The notes under the pieces were generated by a model, which worked only from the letters and a program-made list of their open reading frames with translations, ran no database searches and was not told where the DNA came from. A DNA stretch of 64,000 nucleotides from Trueperaceae bacterium. GTDB taxonomy: Bacteria; Deinococcota; Deinococci; Deinococcales; Trueperaceae. Shown here piece after piece: positions 10,212 to 20,259 of this stretch. How positions within the stretch are numbered: the stretch's first letter is position 1; every line of letters starts with the position of its first letter. The DNA is taken from positions 37,974 to 101,973 of the forward strand of contig DASSXV010000044.1 of NCBI GenBank assembly GCA_035703635.1, written 5' to 3'. Position numbers and translations under genes: made by a program.

Positions 10212-11171
10212 TCACTCGCGAGAGCGCTTCAACCACCCGAAGATGCCACCCTGCTTGCGCTCGGTCGCCTGCTCGTCATCCTTGCGCACGTCTGTCGGCA
10301 CGGCCGTTGCGCGCCCAGCGCGGCCAGTGACCTTGGCAGCCGGCGCATCCGCCGCGCCAGCGCCGGCCACGACGGCACCGTTAGTGACGCCAGAAGCAGC
10401 CATCAGCGCGACCGCGAAGTCCCTGGCGGTCGCGTAGCGCCGCGCCGGGTCGCGCATCATGGCGTGAGACACGACGCGCACGACCTCGATGGGCAGCCCT
10501 GAACGCAACGAACGCAACTCCTTTGGCACGCCGGTTCGGTGCGCGACCATCAGCGCGTCGTAAGAGGCCCCTACGAACGGCCGCTCGCCCGCGATCACCT
10601 CGTACGCGAGCACGCCTAGTGAGTAGATGTCCGACCGCACCCCAGCCGACTTGCCCTCGAACACTTCAGGCGCCATGTAGAAGGCGGTGCCTACGCGGTC
10701 GACGCCCTCGTCGCCCATGAACACGCCAGTGCCGAAATCGCCTAGCTTCGCCTGCCCCTCCGCCGTGAGGAACACGTTGGCCGGCTTGACGTCGCGGTGC
10801 AGGACTTGGCGGTCGTGACTATGCATGAGCCCAGTTGCCACGTCGAGGACGAAGCGGTAGCACCGCTCGAGAGGCAAGCGGCCCTTCTCGAGCAGATACT
10901 GGTCGAGAGTACCGCCCTGGCAGTACTCCAGCGCGAGGAACGCGCCCTTGCCAGTGGGGAAGCCCTCGTACGCCGTCACGACGTTCGGCGAGGCGAGCTT
11001 CACGGTGATGGCGACCTCGTTCTCGAACATCTTCTTGAGTACCGGCCGCTGCGCTAGTTCGGGACGCGGGATCTTGAGCGCCACCTCGCCGTAGACGGGG
11101 TGCCTCGCCAGGTACACGAACGCCGTCTGCCCCGAACCGAGGCGACTGATGACCTCGTAGCCCTCTGGCAC
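10212..11171 (-). CDS. Hanks-type Ser/Thr protein kinase
   Basis: GSGQTAFVY...ALK (ATP site), HRDVKPANVFL (catalytic loop), DFG, APE. Ala-rich linker and basic amphipathic C-terminus (GGIFGWLKRSRE). Confidence 0.9.
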   Translation of the reverse strand: MPEGYEVISRLGSGQTAFVYLARHPVYGEVALKIPRPELAQRPVLKKMFENEVAITVKLASPNVVTAYEGFPTGKGAFLALEYCQGGTLDQYLLEKGRLPLERCYRFVLDVATGLMHSHDRQVLHRDVKPANVFLTAEGQAKLGDFGTGVFMGDEGVDRVGTAFYMAPEVFEGKSAGVRSDIYSLGVLAYEVIAGERPFVGASYDALMVAHRTGVPKELRSLRSGLPIEVVRVVSHAMMRDPARRYATARDFAVALMAASGVTNGAVVAGAGAADAPAAKVTGRAGRATAVPTDVRKDDEQATERKQGGIFGWLKRSRE

Positions 11172-11197
11172 GTAGCTTGGTGAGCCGTTGCTGTCCT

Positions 11198-11872
11198 TCA
11201 GAACGCGGCTTCCTCACCGGGGGCGAGCACGACGCACGACGAGGACGTCGCTTCCTCGACGGCGAGCTTGAACGCTTGAGCGTCTTGCGCGATCAGGGGG
11301 AACGTGTCGTAGTGCACGGGAACGACGACCTTGGGCTTCAGGAGCTTGACGGCCTCGACTGCCGCGGCGGGGCCCATGGTGAAGTTGTCGCCGATCGGGA
11401 GGAAAGCGAGGTCGATCGGCTCGCGCCCGATGAGGCTCATGTCGGAGAACAGCGCCGTATCGCCCGCATGGAGCACGCGCTTGCCCTCGACCTCGAGCAG
11501 GATGCCGGTTGGCATGCCGCCGTAACTGCCGTCTGGGAACGAGCTGGAGTGCCAGGCAGGCGTCAGGGTCACCCTCCCGAAGCCGAACTTCATGCTCCCG
11601 CCGATGTTCATGGCGTGGCTCTCGAGGCCTAGCCGCTCCGCGTACTTCGCTATCTCTGCCGTTGCGATCACCACCGCGCCACTGCGCTTGGCAAGCTCGG
11701 GGGTGTCACCCCAATGGTCGCCGTGGGCGTGGGTGATCAGCAGGTAATCGGGATCGAGTTCCGCTAGCGTCACGCCGGCGCGCGGGTTGCCGCTGATGAA
11801 CGGGTCGAAGACGAACTCCGTGCCTCCAGCCACGATCTGCAGGGCCGAATGTCCTAGATAGCGCACCTTCAA
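11198..11872 (-). CDS. UPF0173-family metal-dependent hydrolase (metallo-beta-lactamase fold)
   Basis: MKVRYLGHSALQI...ITHAHGDHWGD motif. About 224 aa, as for the YtkL/UPF0173 family. Confidence 0.85.
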   Translation of the reverse strand: MKVRYLGHSALQIVAGGTEFVFDPFISGNPRAGVTLAELDPDYLLITHAHGDHWGDTPELAKRSGAVVIATAEIAKYAERLGLESHAMNIGGSMKFGFGRVTLTPAWHSSSFPDGSYGGMPTGILLEVEGKRVLHAGDTALFSDMSLIGREPIDLAFLPIGDNFTMGPAAAVEAVKLLKPKVVVPVHYDTFPLIAQDAQAFKLAVEEATSSSCVVLAPGEEAAF

Positions 11873-11958
11873 CTAGCTCAACTCCTTAGGCCGCCGTCAA
11901 CCGACGCGACCGCCTCACGACTACTCGCTGGCGGCTGCGATCGGTGGCGGGCCTTGCC

Positions 11959-12312
11959 TCAACGCACGCCGACGTGTAGCTGGACCAACGCGAGGTAGTA
12001 GACGATCACTAGCAGCGTCGGAAGTCCAGCCATGCCAGCCGCTTCCTTGAAGCGCTTGAGCATGAAGAGCCCGAGGGCAAGGACTACCGAACCTGCCGCA
12101 ACTATCGGAAAGATCCAGAACAGGGTGTTCCAGATGCCCGTAAGGTGCAGCTGCACGATGAGGCCGCCGTTGTGCGTGGCCTTGAGCACCGCGCCCATGG
12201 CCCAGAAGATGCCGATCATGAAGGTGCCAAGGAAACCGGCAGCCATGCCGAAGGCGGCCAACAGGCGCTCGTTGTCTACCTCTCCGGTCGTCCTGATACT
12301 CACACTTGCCAC
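11959..12312 (-). CDS. Small integral membrane protein, unknown function
   Basis: 117 aa, 3-4 predicted TM helices, good codon bias, no recognisable motif. Confidence 0.5.
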   Translation of the reverse strand: MASVSIRTTGEVDNERLLAAFGMAAGFLGTFMIGIFWAMGAVLKATHNGGLIVQLHLTGIWNTLFWIFPIVAAGSVVLALGLFMLKRFKEAAGMAGLPTLLVIVYYLALVQLHVGVR

Positions 12313-12467
12313 GTGACCCTCCTAGTATGTGGGGCTTAGCTTAGCAGTCTCTGGCCCCTGGCGGCCCCGAAGCAACCGGCTTACAGTGGTTGCCCGCACC
12401 TCTGGTACACTGTCACGTTTGGCGCTGGCCAAGAGCGCCGCGCTGCGAAGCGTGTTAGGGAGGAACC

Positions 12468-15335
12468 TTGCAGGACCTGGTCATCCGCGGGGCACGCGCA
12501 AACAACCTCAAGAACGTCGACCTCGTACTTCCCCGCAACAAGTTCATCGTCTTCACCGGCGTGTCCGGTTCAGGCAAGTCGACGTTAGCTTTCGACACCA
12601 TCTACGCGGAGGGACAGAGGCGTTACGTCGAGAGCCTCTCGGCCTACGCCAGGCAGTTCCTCGGCATCATGGATAAACCAGATGTCGATTCGATAGAGGG
12701 CCTCAGCCCAGCCATCAGCATCGACCAGAAGACCACCAGCCACAACCCGCGGTCAACGGTCGGCACCGTAACGGAGATCCACGACTACCTGCGCTTGCTG
12801 TTCGCGCGCGTCGGCATTCCACACTGCCCGATCTGCGGTCGCGTCATCCAGCGCCAGTCGGCCAGCGAGATCGTCGACCGCCTCCTCGAGCGTTTCCCAG
12901 ACAAACGCGCCATGCTCCTCGCCCCCGTGGTGAGGGGCCGCAAGGGCGAGTACCGCAAGCTGTTCCTCGACCTCAAGAAGGAGGGCTTCGCGCGCCTCCG
13001 GGTGGACGGCGTGGTGCTCACCATCGAGCAGGCCCTCGAAGCGGACCTCGAGCGTCACGAGAAGCACGACATCGACGTGGTCATCGACCGCATTGTGCTC
13101 ATGGAGGCGGACCGCTCGCGCATAGCGGAGTCGACGGAGCTCGCGCTCACCAAGGGCGAGGGCCTCCTGCGCGCCTTCCTGCCTGACGAGGGCATCGACG
13201 AGCTCTTCAGCGAGAAGTTCGCCTGCCCAGAACACGGGACGTTCCTCGAGGAGCTCGAGCCGCGCACGTTCTCCTTCAACGCGCCTTACGGCGCCTGCGC
13301 GCACTGCAGCGGCCTCGGCTACCTGCAGCAGTTCGACCCAGAGCTCATCGTGCCAGACCCGACGCTGTCGGTATCGCAGGGTGCCATCGCGCCCTGGACA
13401 GGCAGCCGTGGAGACGGCGGCAAGGTCTTCTACTGGGACCGCCTGCGCGCGCTGGCCGACTACACGGGGTTCGACATCTCCGCAGCGTGGCAGGACCTGC
13501 CAGAGGCGGCACGAAAGACGATCCTCTACGGGAGCGACGAGCCTATCGAGGTCGTATACGAGCGCGGGGGCCGTGAGACCATGCGGTTCAGGGCCGAGTT
13601 CGAGGGCGTCATCCAGAACTTGCAGCGCCGCCTCAAGGAGGCCGCTTCGGACGCCGTGCGCGAGCGCCTCGAAGAGTACATGTCGCTCGTGCCGTGCCAG
13701 GAGTGCGGCGGCACGCGCTACAAGCCCGAGGTGCTGGCGGTCACCGTCGGCGGGCGCAACATCGCGGAGGTCAGCCACATGACCGTGCGCGACAGCCGCG
13801 AGCTCTTCAGCGACTTCGGCGTCGACGGCGCCAGCGCGAACGTGGCCAAGCCCATCCTGCGCGAAGTGAACGCGCGCCTCGGCTTCCTAGAGGACGTCGG
13901 CCTCGACTACCTGAGCCTCGACCGTAGCGCCAACACGTTGTCTGGTGGGGAGGCGCAGCGCATTCGCCTCGCCACGCAAGTCGGTAGCGGCCTAACGGGC
14001 GTGCTTTACGTGCTGGACGAGCCCTCCATCGGCCTGCACCCGCGCGACAACGAGCGACTGCTGCGCACGCTCCTCAACCTGCGCGACCTCGGTAACACGC
14101 TCATCGTCGTCGAACACGACGAGGAGACCATGCGCGCCGCCGATTTCATCGTCGACCTTGGCCCTGGCGCCGGGGTTCACGGCGGGCACATCGTCGCAGC
14201 AGCCACGCCAGGCGTGTTGGCTGAGGATCCGAACTCCCTAACGGCGAAGTACTTGCGCGGCGAACTCAAGATCGACGTTCCCAAGCGCCGCCGCGAGGGT
14301 AACGGCAAGAAGCTGACCATCCAGGGCGCTCGCGAGCACAACCTGAAGGACATCGATGTCGACATCCCACTCGGCACCCTCACCTGCGTGACGGGCGCTT
14401 CCGGGTCTGGCAAGTCGACGCTCGTTCACGGGATCCTGCACGCCGCGCTAGCCAAGCAGCTCTACCGCGCCAAGGCGCAGCCGGGGCTCCACACGCGCAT
14501 CAAGGGTGCCGAGAACATCGACAAGGTCATCGAGATAGACCAGTCGCCGATCGGCCGGACACCGCGCTCCAACCCCGCGACGTACACGGGCATCTTCACC
14601 GACATCCGCGACCTCTTCACCCGCGCGCCGGAGGCACGCAAGCGCGGCTACAAGCCTGGGCGTTTCTCGTTCAACGTCAAGGGCGGGCGCTGCGAGGCGT
14701 GCAAGGGCGACGGCACCGTCAAGGTCGAGATGTACTTTCTGCCTGACGTCTACGTGCCTTGCGAAGTGTGCAAGGGCGCGCGTTACAACCGCGAGACGCT
14801 GGAAGTGAAGATCCGCGGCAAGTCGATCGCGGACGTGCTGGCCATGACTACAGACGAGGGCGTCGAGTTCTTCGAGAACATCCCGACCATCGCCCGCAAA
14901 CTGCAACTCATGCAGGACGTCGGCCTCGGCTACCTCAAGGTGGGTCAGCCCTCACCGACGCTGTCCGGCGGTGAAGCGCAGCGCGTCAAACTCGCCAGCG
15001 AGCTCGGGCGCCGCGGGACGGGGCAAACCCTCTACATCCTCGACGAACCAACGACAGGCCTGCACTTCGACGACACCCGCAAACTCCTCGACGTACTCCA
15101 CCGCCTCGTAGAGCAGGGCAATACGCTCGTCGTCATCGAGCACAACCTCGACGTGATCAAGACCGCCGACTGGATCATCGACCTTGGCCCAGATGGCGGC
15201 GCGCGCGGCGGCACCATCGTAGCTACCGGCACGCCTGAGGACGTGGCCGCCACGCCGGCGAGCTCGACTGGTCAGTTCCTGCGGCACGTTCCTGAACTCA
15301 AGGAGCGCCTGCCGCGGGTGGCAGACGTTGCCTGA
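12468..15335 (+). CDS. uvrA: Excinuclease ABC subunit UvrA
   Basis: 955 aa with two ABC modules (GVSGSGKST and GASGSGKST) and zinc-finger Cys clusters. TTG start preceded by GGGAGGA. Confidence 0.97.
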   Translation: MQDLVIRGARANNLKNVDLVLPRNKFIVFTGVSGSGKSTLAFDTIYAEGQRRYVESLSAYARQFLGIMDKPDVDSIEGLSPAISIDQKTTSHNPRSTVGTVTEIHDYLRLLFARVGIPHCPICGRVIQRQSASEIVDRLLERFPDKRAMLLAPVVRGRKGEYRKLFLDLKKEGFARLRVDGVVLTIEQALEADLERHEKHDIDVVIDRIVLMEADRSRIAESTELALTKGEGLLRAFLPDEGIDELFSEKFACPEHGTFLEELEPRTFSFNAPYGACAHCSGLGYLQQFDPELIVPDPTLSVSQGAIAPWTGSRGDGGKVFYWDRLRALADYTGFDISAAWQDLPEAARKTILYGSDEPIEVVYERGGRETMRFRAEFEGVIQNLQRRLKEAASDAVRERLEEYMSLVPCQECGGTRYKPEVLAVTVGGRNIAEVSHMTVRDSRELFSDFGVDGASANVAKPILREVNARLGFLEDVGLDYLSLDRSANTLSGGEAQRIRLATQVGSGLTGVLYVLDEPSIGLHPRDNERLLRTLLNLRDLGNTLIVVEHDEETMRAADFIVDLGPGAGVHGGHIVAAATPGVLAEDPNSLTAKYLRGELKIDVPKRRREGNGKKLTIQGAREHNLKDIDVDIPLGTLTCVTGASGSGKSTLVHGILHAALAKQLYRAKAQPGLHTRIKGAENIDKVIEIDQSPIGRTPRSNPATYTGIFTDIRDLFTRAPEARKRGYKPGRFSFNVKGGRCEACKGDGTVKVEMYFLPDVYVPCEVCKGARYNRETLEVKIRGKSIADVLAMTTDEGVEFFENIPTIARKLQLMQDVGLGYLKVGQPSPTLSGGEAQRVKLASELGRRGTGQTLYILDEPTTGLHFDDTRKLLDVLHRLVEQGNTLVVIEHNLDVIKTADWIIDLGPDGGARGGTIVATGTPEDVAATPASSTGQFLRHVPELKERLPRVADVA

Positions 15336-15462
15336 TCCTGCGGTGGCTCCCGCCGCGGCGCGCGCGTCGCTTGCCGTACCGTACTCCTCGCGGTGCGCGG
15401 CACAGTAGGATGCCAACCAATGTCAGGGGGCTGCCCGGCCCCCACGCCGAACGGAGCGCAGC

Positions 15463-16005
15463 ATGATTCGCACCGCACCCATGCCACAACGCCTCTTCGC
15501 TGGGCTCTTCTTCCTCCTGGCGGCAGTGGTGTGCGCCGTTGCGCCGATGCCGGTACTGTTCCGCAGCCTCGGCATCGCGCTGTCCGCGTACCTCGGGTTC
15601 GCAGCGGCCGGCATGCCAGTGGCGTACCTCTGCGCCCTCGTCGCCCCGCCCATCGGCCTCATCGGCGGTGACCCCGACTGGCTCGTCATGCTGCCGATCG
15701 TGTTGAGCGGAAACCTGCTCGCCATGCTCGGACTCGAGTTCGGGTGGCGCTACGGCTCCATCCTCCTCTCACCCATCCTGCTGGTCGCGCCAGCCTTCGT
15801 TTCGTGGCAACTCTCGCGCAAGCCGCTCTTCGAGGTCGTGCTGCCGTGGCACGCCAGTGAAGGCACGTGGGTGGCGCTTCACTTCCTCGTCGCCGCCTTC
15901 GGCGTCCTGGTCGCGCTCTACCTCGACCGCCGCCGCGGTAACGCCACCGAGGCCCGCGCGACTGAGGAACCCCCCAGCCGCACCGCTCCCGCCCGGCCGC
16001 GCTGA
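15463..16005 (+). CDS. Integral membrane protein, unknown function
   Basis: 180 aa, 5-6 TM helices, Pro/Arg-rich tail, no recognisable motif. Confidence 0.5.
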   Translation: MIRTAPMPQRLFAGLFFLLAAVVCAVAPMPVLFRSLGIALSAYLGFAAAGMPVAYLCALVAPPIGLIGGDPDWLVMLPIVLSGNLLAMLGLEFGWRYGSILLSPILLVAPAFVSWQLSRKPLFEVVLPWHASEGTWVALHFLVAAFGVLVALYLDRRRGNATEARATEEPPSRTAPARPR

Positions 16006-16018
16006 GGCCACACTAGCC

Positions 16019-16621
16019 ATGGCGAGCGCCAAGCCCCCTTCCTTTCTGGAGCGCCTCTTCTCCCCCGTTTGGTTCATGCCGACGGCCATCTGGGTCGTGC
16101 GCGTGTTCGCGACGCTGTTCTACGGCCTGCGAGTAAGCGGCCTCGAGCACGTGCCTCAAGGCGTCGGGCTGGTGGTGGCGTGCAACCACGAGAGCAGTTG
16201 GGACCCGCCCATCGTTGGCGTGTCCATCAACCGCAAGCTTGAGTTCATGGCCAAGAAGGAGCTCTTCCAGAAGCCGTTCTCGCGCGCGATCATGCGCGGC
16301 CTGCGGGCGTTCCCCGTCGACCGTGAGGGCCAGGACATCGGCGCGATCAAGGAGGCGTTGCGGCGCCTGAAGGCCGGCAGGGCCATCGGCATCTTCGTTC
16401 AAGGGACACGGAACTCAGGCGACGCCGGCGGGCTAGACGGTGCGGCCTACCTGGCGCAGCGCGCGGACGTGCCGCTGTTGCCAGCAGCGATATGGCGTGA
16501 GGGACGCAGCTTCCGCGTGGCGTTCGGTCCGGCCATCGTGGCGCATGGCAAGACGCGCGACGACGCCAAGGCGCTCACCAGCGAAGTCATGGTGGAGATA
16601 CGGGCGCTGCTGCCACACTGA
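16019..16621 (+). CDS. plsC: 1-acyl-sn-glycerol-3-phosphate acyltransferase
   Basis: NHESSWDPP (HX4D acyltransferase motif), FMAKKELF, FPVDR, GIFVQGTR blocks. Start at ATG 16019 (MASAKPP). Confidence 0.88.
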   Translation: MASAKPPSFLERLFSPVWFMPTAIWVVRVFATLFYGLRVSGLEHVPQGVGLVVACNHESSWDPPIVGVSINRKLEFMAKKELFQKPFSRAIMRGLRAFPVDREGQDIGAIKEALRRLKAGRAIGIFVQGTRNSGDAGGLDGAAYLAQRADVPLLPAAIWREGRSFRVAFGPAIVAHGKTRDDAKALTSEVMVEIRALLPH

Positions 16622-16689
16622 TAGCAGTCAACCTGTGGACGGCCGGCTCGTGGGGAATCCTACAAAGCACGTGGCAGAGCGCATTTCCC

Positions 16690-16718
16690 TTGTCACCCTC
16701 CGCTTCGTCTGCTACAGT
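16690..16718 (+). promoter_or_regulatory. Sigma-70-type promoter of the first HU gene
   Basis: TTGTCA (16690-16695), 17-nt spacer, TACAGT (16713-16718). It lies about 37 nt upstream of the ATG, which has a GGAGGAGG SD. Confidence 0.6.
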
Positions 16719-16754
16719 GCCTCCAAGTTAGAAACTTGCTCGGAGGAGGTCAGC

Positions 16755-17081
16755 ATGGCGAAAGCCAAGGCAGCGCCTAAGTCCACGCCCTCGAAGTCCA
16801 AGACGGTCTCGAAGGCCGACCTTATCAAGGCGGTAGCAGAGAGCGCAGCTACACCGAAGAACGACGTCAAGTCCGTTCTGGACCACATGCTTCAGCGGAT
16901 CAGCACCCACCTAGACAAGGGCAAGAAAGTGCAGCTGACGGGCTTCGGCACCTTCGAAGTGCGTAGCCGCAAGGCCCGCACGGGCGTCAGGCCCGGCACC
17001 ACCGAGAAGATCAAGATCCCGGCGAGCAAGTACCCTGCGTTCAAGCCGGGCAAAGGTTTGAAGGACAAAGTCAAGAAGTAA
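16755..17081 (+). CDS. hup: HU-family DNA-binding protein with a Lys-rich N-terminal extension
   Basis: The core ADLIKAVAE...LTGFGTFEVRSRKARTGVRPGTTEKIKIPASKYPAFKPGKGLKD is a classical HU fold. It is preceded by MAKAKAAPKSTPSKSKTVSK. Confidence 0.93.
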   Translation: MAKAKAAPKSTPSKSKTVSKADLIKAVAESAATPKNDVKSVLDHMLQRISTHLDKGKKVQLTGFGTFEVRSRKARTGVRPGTTEKIKIPASKYPAFKPGKGLKDKVKK

Positions 17082-17107
17082 GCGGTCAACAACTCAAGCA
17101 GCCTGCT

Positions 17108-17143
17108 CGCGGGGCGCCAGACTTGGCGCCCCGCGCTTTCTTC
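17108..17143 (+). terminator. Rho-independent terminator after HU gene 1
   Basis: 11-bp GC stem CGCGGGGCGCC / GGCGCCCCGCG (17108-17118 / 17125-17135), loop AGACTT, then CTTTCTTC. Confidence 0.75.
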
Positions 17144-17211
17144 GCGCCGTTCGCCGTTAGCGTCAACCGGGCACGGCGCAGCTCGCTGGGCCCGAGTAAA
17201 CTTGTGACCAG

Positions 17212-17913
17212 ATGTCATTACTTGACCAGATCGGTCCCGTCATGGTGGGTCCCTCGAGTTCGCACACCGCGGGCGCCTGCCGCCTCGCCCTGCTCGCGCG
17301 CCATGTGCTCGGCGCTCAGCCGCGCCAGGCGCGTTTCGTGCTGCACGGTTCGTTCGCCAAGACGGCGCAGGGTCACGGCACCGACCTCGCGTTGGTGGCT
17401 GGCCTGCTCGGTTATCTCCCAGACGACGAGCGCATTAGAGACTCCTTCACGCACGCCGCGGCGGCCGGGCTGGAGTTCGAGTTCGCAACGGCGGACTTGG
17501 GCGACATCCACCCGAACAGCGTGCGCATGGAGCTTAGCGGCGGCCCGGACGACGAGGGCGTATCGGTGCTCGGCTCGAGCCTTGGCGCCGGCTTCGTGAA
17601 GATCGTGCAAGTCAACGGCTTCGACGTTCAGGTTTCCGGCGCGTATCACACGATCCTCGCGCTGCATACTGACCGGCCTGGGGTCATCGCACGCGTTGCC
17701 AGCGTGGTGGCCGACGATGACGGCAACATAGCCACGGCGTTCTCCGCACGCCAACGCCGCGGCGGGCACGCCATGATGTCCGTCGAGATAGACCGCCCAT
17801 TGGCGGAGTACGCCGTCACGTACTTGACGCAACTCCCGTACATCCACTGGCTCCGCACGCTGCCCGCCGTCATGGCCACGGACCCAGCTCCACAGGGCGG
17901 TGAGGCGCAATGA
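17212..17913 (+). CDS. sdaAB: L-serine ammonia-lyase (Fe-S dependent), beta subunit
   Basis: [21 protein letters not shown] signature plus a C-terminal ACT-like domain. Overlaps the alpha subunit gene by ATGA. Confidence 0.9.
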   Translation: MSLLDQIGPVMVGPSSSHTAGACRLALLARHVLGAQPRQARFVLHGSFAKTAQGHGTDLALVAGLLGYLPDDERIRDSFTHAAAAGLEFEFATADLGDIHPNSVRMELSGGPDDEGVSVLGSSLGAGFVKIVQVNGFDVQVSGAYHTILALHTDRPGVIARVASVVADDDGNIATAFSARQRRGGHAMMSVEIDRPLAEYAVTYLTQLPYIHWLRTLPAVMATDPAPQGGEAQ

Positions 17914-18752
17914 CTCTCGCAGACATCATGCAGTACTCGGGTAAGGCGTCGGAGTTCGTGCTGGACGACGACCTGGGCAACGACGCGGTTGCTCGCGAGC
18001 ACTTGCTCGCGACCATGCTGAGCCGCATAGGCGAGATGCGCGACTCCATCCGCCGCGGCCTGGCCACCAAGGCGGCTAGCCGCACGGGCATGGTCGGCTG
18101 GAACGCCAAAACTCTCCTTGACGCCCCCGATGTGCTTGGTGCGCCGCTGCTGAAGCGCGTGCAGGAGTACGCCATGGCCGTCAACGAGGAGAACGCCCGC
18201 ATGGGGCGCATCGTGGCAGCCCCAACGGCTGGCAGTGCAGGCACCGTGCCAGGCGCCCTGCTCGGCGTCGCAGACCACCTTGGCCTGCCAGACGAGGACC
18301 TCGTCATGCCGCTCGTGCTTGCGGCTGGCATCGGGCAGGTCATCAGCAAGAGCATGTTCATCGCTGGTTCGACGGGCGGCTGCCAGGCGGAGATCGGTTC
18401 GAGCGCGGCCATGGCCGCAGCCGCCGTGACGGAGTTGCTGGGTGGCAGCGCCAACGCTAGCGTGCACGCCGCCGCGCAGGCGCTTATGAACACCATCGGA
18501 CTGGTATGCGACCCTGTCGGCGGCTACGTCGAGGTGCCGTGCGTGTCGCGTAACGCGTTCTACGCCGTGCACGCGGTGGCCGCAGCGCAGTTGGCGTTGG
18601 CTGGCGTCGAGTCTGTCATCCCCCCTGACGAGGTCGTGTACGCCATGGCGGCGGTCGGCCGCATGCTGCCTCCCGAGTTACGGGAGACGGGGGAGGGCGG
18701 CCTGGCCGACACTCCAACTGGTCGGCGCATCGCCCTCAAGATGGCGCGCTAA
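17910..18752 (+). CDS. sdaAA: L-serine ammonia-lyase (Fe-S dependent), alpha subunit
   Basis: [24 protein letters not shown] and EVPCVSRN blocks typical of SdaAA. Confidence 0.9.
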   Translation: MTLADIMQYSGKASEFVLDDDLGNDAVAREHLLATMLSRIGEMRDSIRRGLATKAASRTGMVGWNAKTLLDAPDVLGAPLLKRVQEYAMAVNEENARMGRIVAAPTAGSAGTVPGALLGVADHLGLPDEDLVMPLVLAAGIGQVISKSMFIAGSTGGCQAEIGSSAAMAAAAVTELLGGSANASVHAAAQALMNTIGLVCDPVGGYVEVPCVSRNAFYAVHAVAAAQLALAGVESVIPPDEVVYAMAAVGRMLPPELRETGEGGLADTPTGRRIALKMAR

Positions 18753-18894
18753 TACCGGTCGAACGCTGCGTAGCCGCGGGCACGGTAATCCGCCACGGCG
18801 CTTGTACAATGTTTCACGAGGGGCTTTTGTCCCGCTCCAAGGTTACTTGCCTGAGCGGCCAGACCTACCGCGGCCCCCGTGAAAGGGGGCGGCC

Positions 18895-20259
18895 ATGGCC
18901 TCCCGCCCACGAGTAGTGATCATCGGCGCCGGTTTCGGTGGCCTGCACGCAGCCAAGCAGCTCGCCAACGCACCAGTCGACGTGCTCATGCTCGACCGCA
19001 ACAACTTCCACACCTTCCAGCCGCTCCTCTACCAGGTCGCAACGGCCGCGCTGGACAACACCGACGTGGCATATCAGGTGAGGGGCATCTTCCACCACCA
19101 GAAGAACTTCCGCTTCAGGCAGGCGGAGGTCATCGGCTTCGACCACGCCGCACGCGAAGTACTGCTCAAGGGCGGCGACAAGGTGGAGTACGACTACCTC
19201 GTGCTGGCCGCAGGGGCCGTGTATCACGACTTCGGCACCCCTGGCGTTCGTGAGAACGCCTTCGTGCTCAAGAGCCTCGAGCGGGCCGGCGTGATGCGCT
19301 CACACATCCTCAAGCGCTTCGAGGCCGCGGCTAGTGACCATGCGCTGGTCGAGAAGGGCGCCCTCACCGTCGTGATCGTCGGTGCGGGCCCGACCGGGGT
19401 GGAGATGGCTGGGGCCCTCGTAGAACTCTTCGACCGCGTGCTTGGACGCGACTACCCCGAGCTAGACATGCGCCTCGCGCGCGTCGTGGTCGTCGAGGCG
19501 GGCAACGCGGTGCTAGCGCCGTTCAAGCCCCGGTCGCAACAGTACGCCGAGCGCGTGCTGCGGCGGCGCGGAGTAGACGTGCGCTTAGGTTCCACGGTGG
19601 CTGAGGTCCGCGGCGACGCCGTCGTGCTGCGCTCCGGGGAGGTCATCCCCACTCAGACGGTGGTGTGGGCCGCCGGGGTGCGCGGCCACCCGGTAGCCGA
19701 GGCCCTCGCGAACGACGTTGGCGACGCCATGGAGCGCGGCTGGCGCATAAAGGTGGAGCCAGACCTAAGCTTGCCTGACCACCCTGAGATCTTCGCCATC
19801 GGCGACGTGGCGGGGGCGTTCGGCGCGAACGGGAAGCTATTACCCCAACTAGCGCAGGTGGCCATCCAGGGCGGCAAGCACGTGGCCCGCAGCATCATCC
19901 GGCGCCTGCAGCAACGCCCCACCGCGCCGTTCAAGTACCGCGACCTCGGGAGCATGGCGATCGTCGGTCGCAACGCTGGCGTCGCCGAGTTGTCGCCTGC
20001 GCTCCTTGGACTGGAACTGCGCGGCTTCCTCGGCTGGTTAGGCTGGTTGCTCCTCCACCTCATCTACCTACCGAGCTTCAGGAACCGCTTCTCCGCGCTG
20101 TTCACGTGGGCGTACGAGTACCTGACTTTCGACAGGCACGCACGCCTCATCCTCACTCCGCGCCCGGACACCTGGAGCGCGGAGCCCATACCAACACCGG
20201 CTTCAAGAAGCGGCGAGGTGGCGCCGGACGGTGAAGCGCTCGACGAGGTCCTCACGTAG
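18895..20259 (+). CDS. ndh: Type II NADH:quinone oxidoreductase (NDH-2)
   Basis: VVIIGAGFGGL...FQPLLYQVAT N-terminus, second Rossmann VVIVGAGPTGVE, IFAIGDVA motif. Confidence 0.9.
   Translation: MASRPRVVIIGAGFGGLHAAKQLANAPVDVLMLDRNNFHTFQPLLYQVATAALDNTDVAYQVRGIFHHQKNFRFRQAEVIGFDHAAREVLLKGGDKVEYDYLVLAAGAVYHDFGTPGVRENAFVLKSLERAGVMRSHILKRFEAAASDHALVEKGALTVVIVGAGPTGVEMAGALVELFDRVLGRDYPELDMRLARVVVVEAGNAVLAPFKPRSQQYAERVLRRRGVDVRLGSTVAEVRGDAVVLRSGEVIPTQTVVWAAGVRGHPVAEALANDVGDAMERGWRIKVEPDLSLPDHPEIFAIGDVAGAFGANGKLLPQLAQVAIQGGKHVARSIIRRLQQRPTAPFKYRDLGSMAIVGRNAGVAELSPALLGLELRGFLGWLGWLLLHLIYLPSFRNRFSALFTWAYEYLTFDRHARLILTPRPDTWSAEPIPTPASRSGEVAPDGEALDEVLT

Noticed and set aside
12313-12467. Radiation/desiccation-response (DdrO-type) 17-bp palindrome upstream of uvrA, and likewise upstream of pcrA at 25284-25406
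   Set aside because: I looked for TTMYGY-N5-RCGKAA-like palindromes and found none. The nearest strings (TACACTGTCACGTTT, TTATGCTCCGAACTCGT) fail the second half-site.
12753-13778. 341-aa minus-strand ORF inside uvrA
   Set aside because: It is antisense to uvrA and has no motifs. It is another high-GC shadow frame. The same reasoning rejects 2367-3491, 17218-17910, 17646-18572, 8124-8852 and similar track entries.
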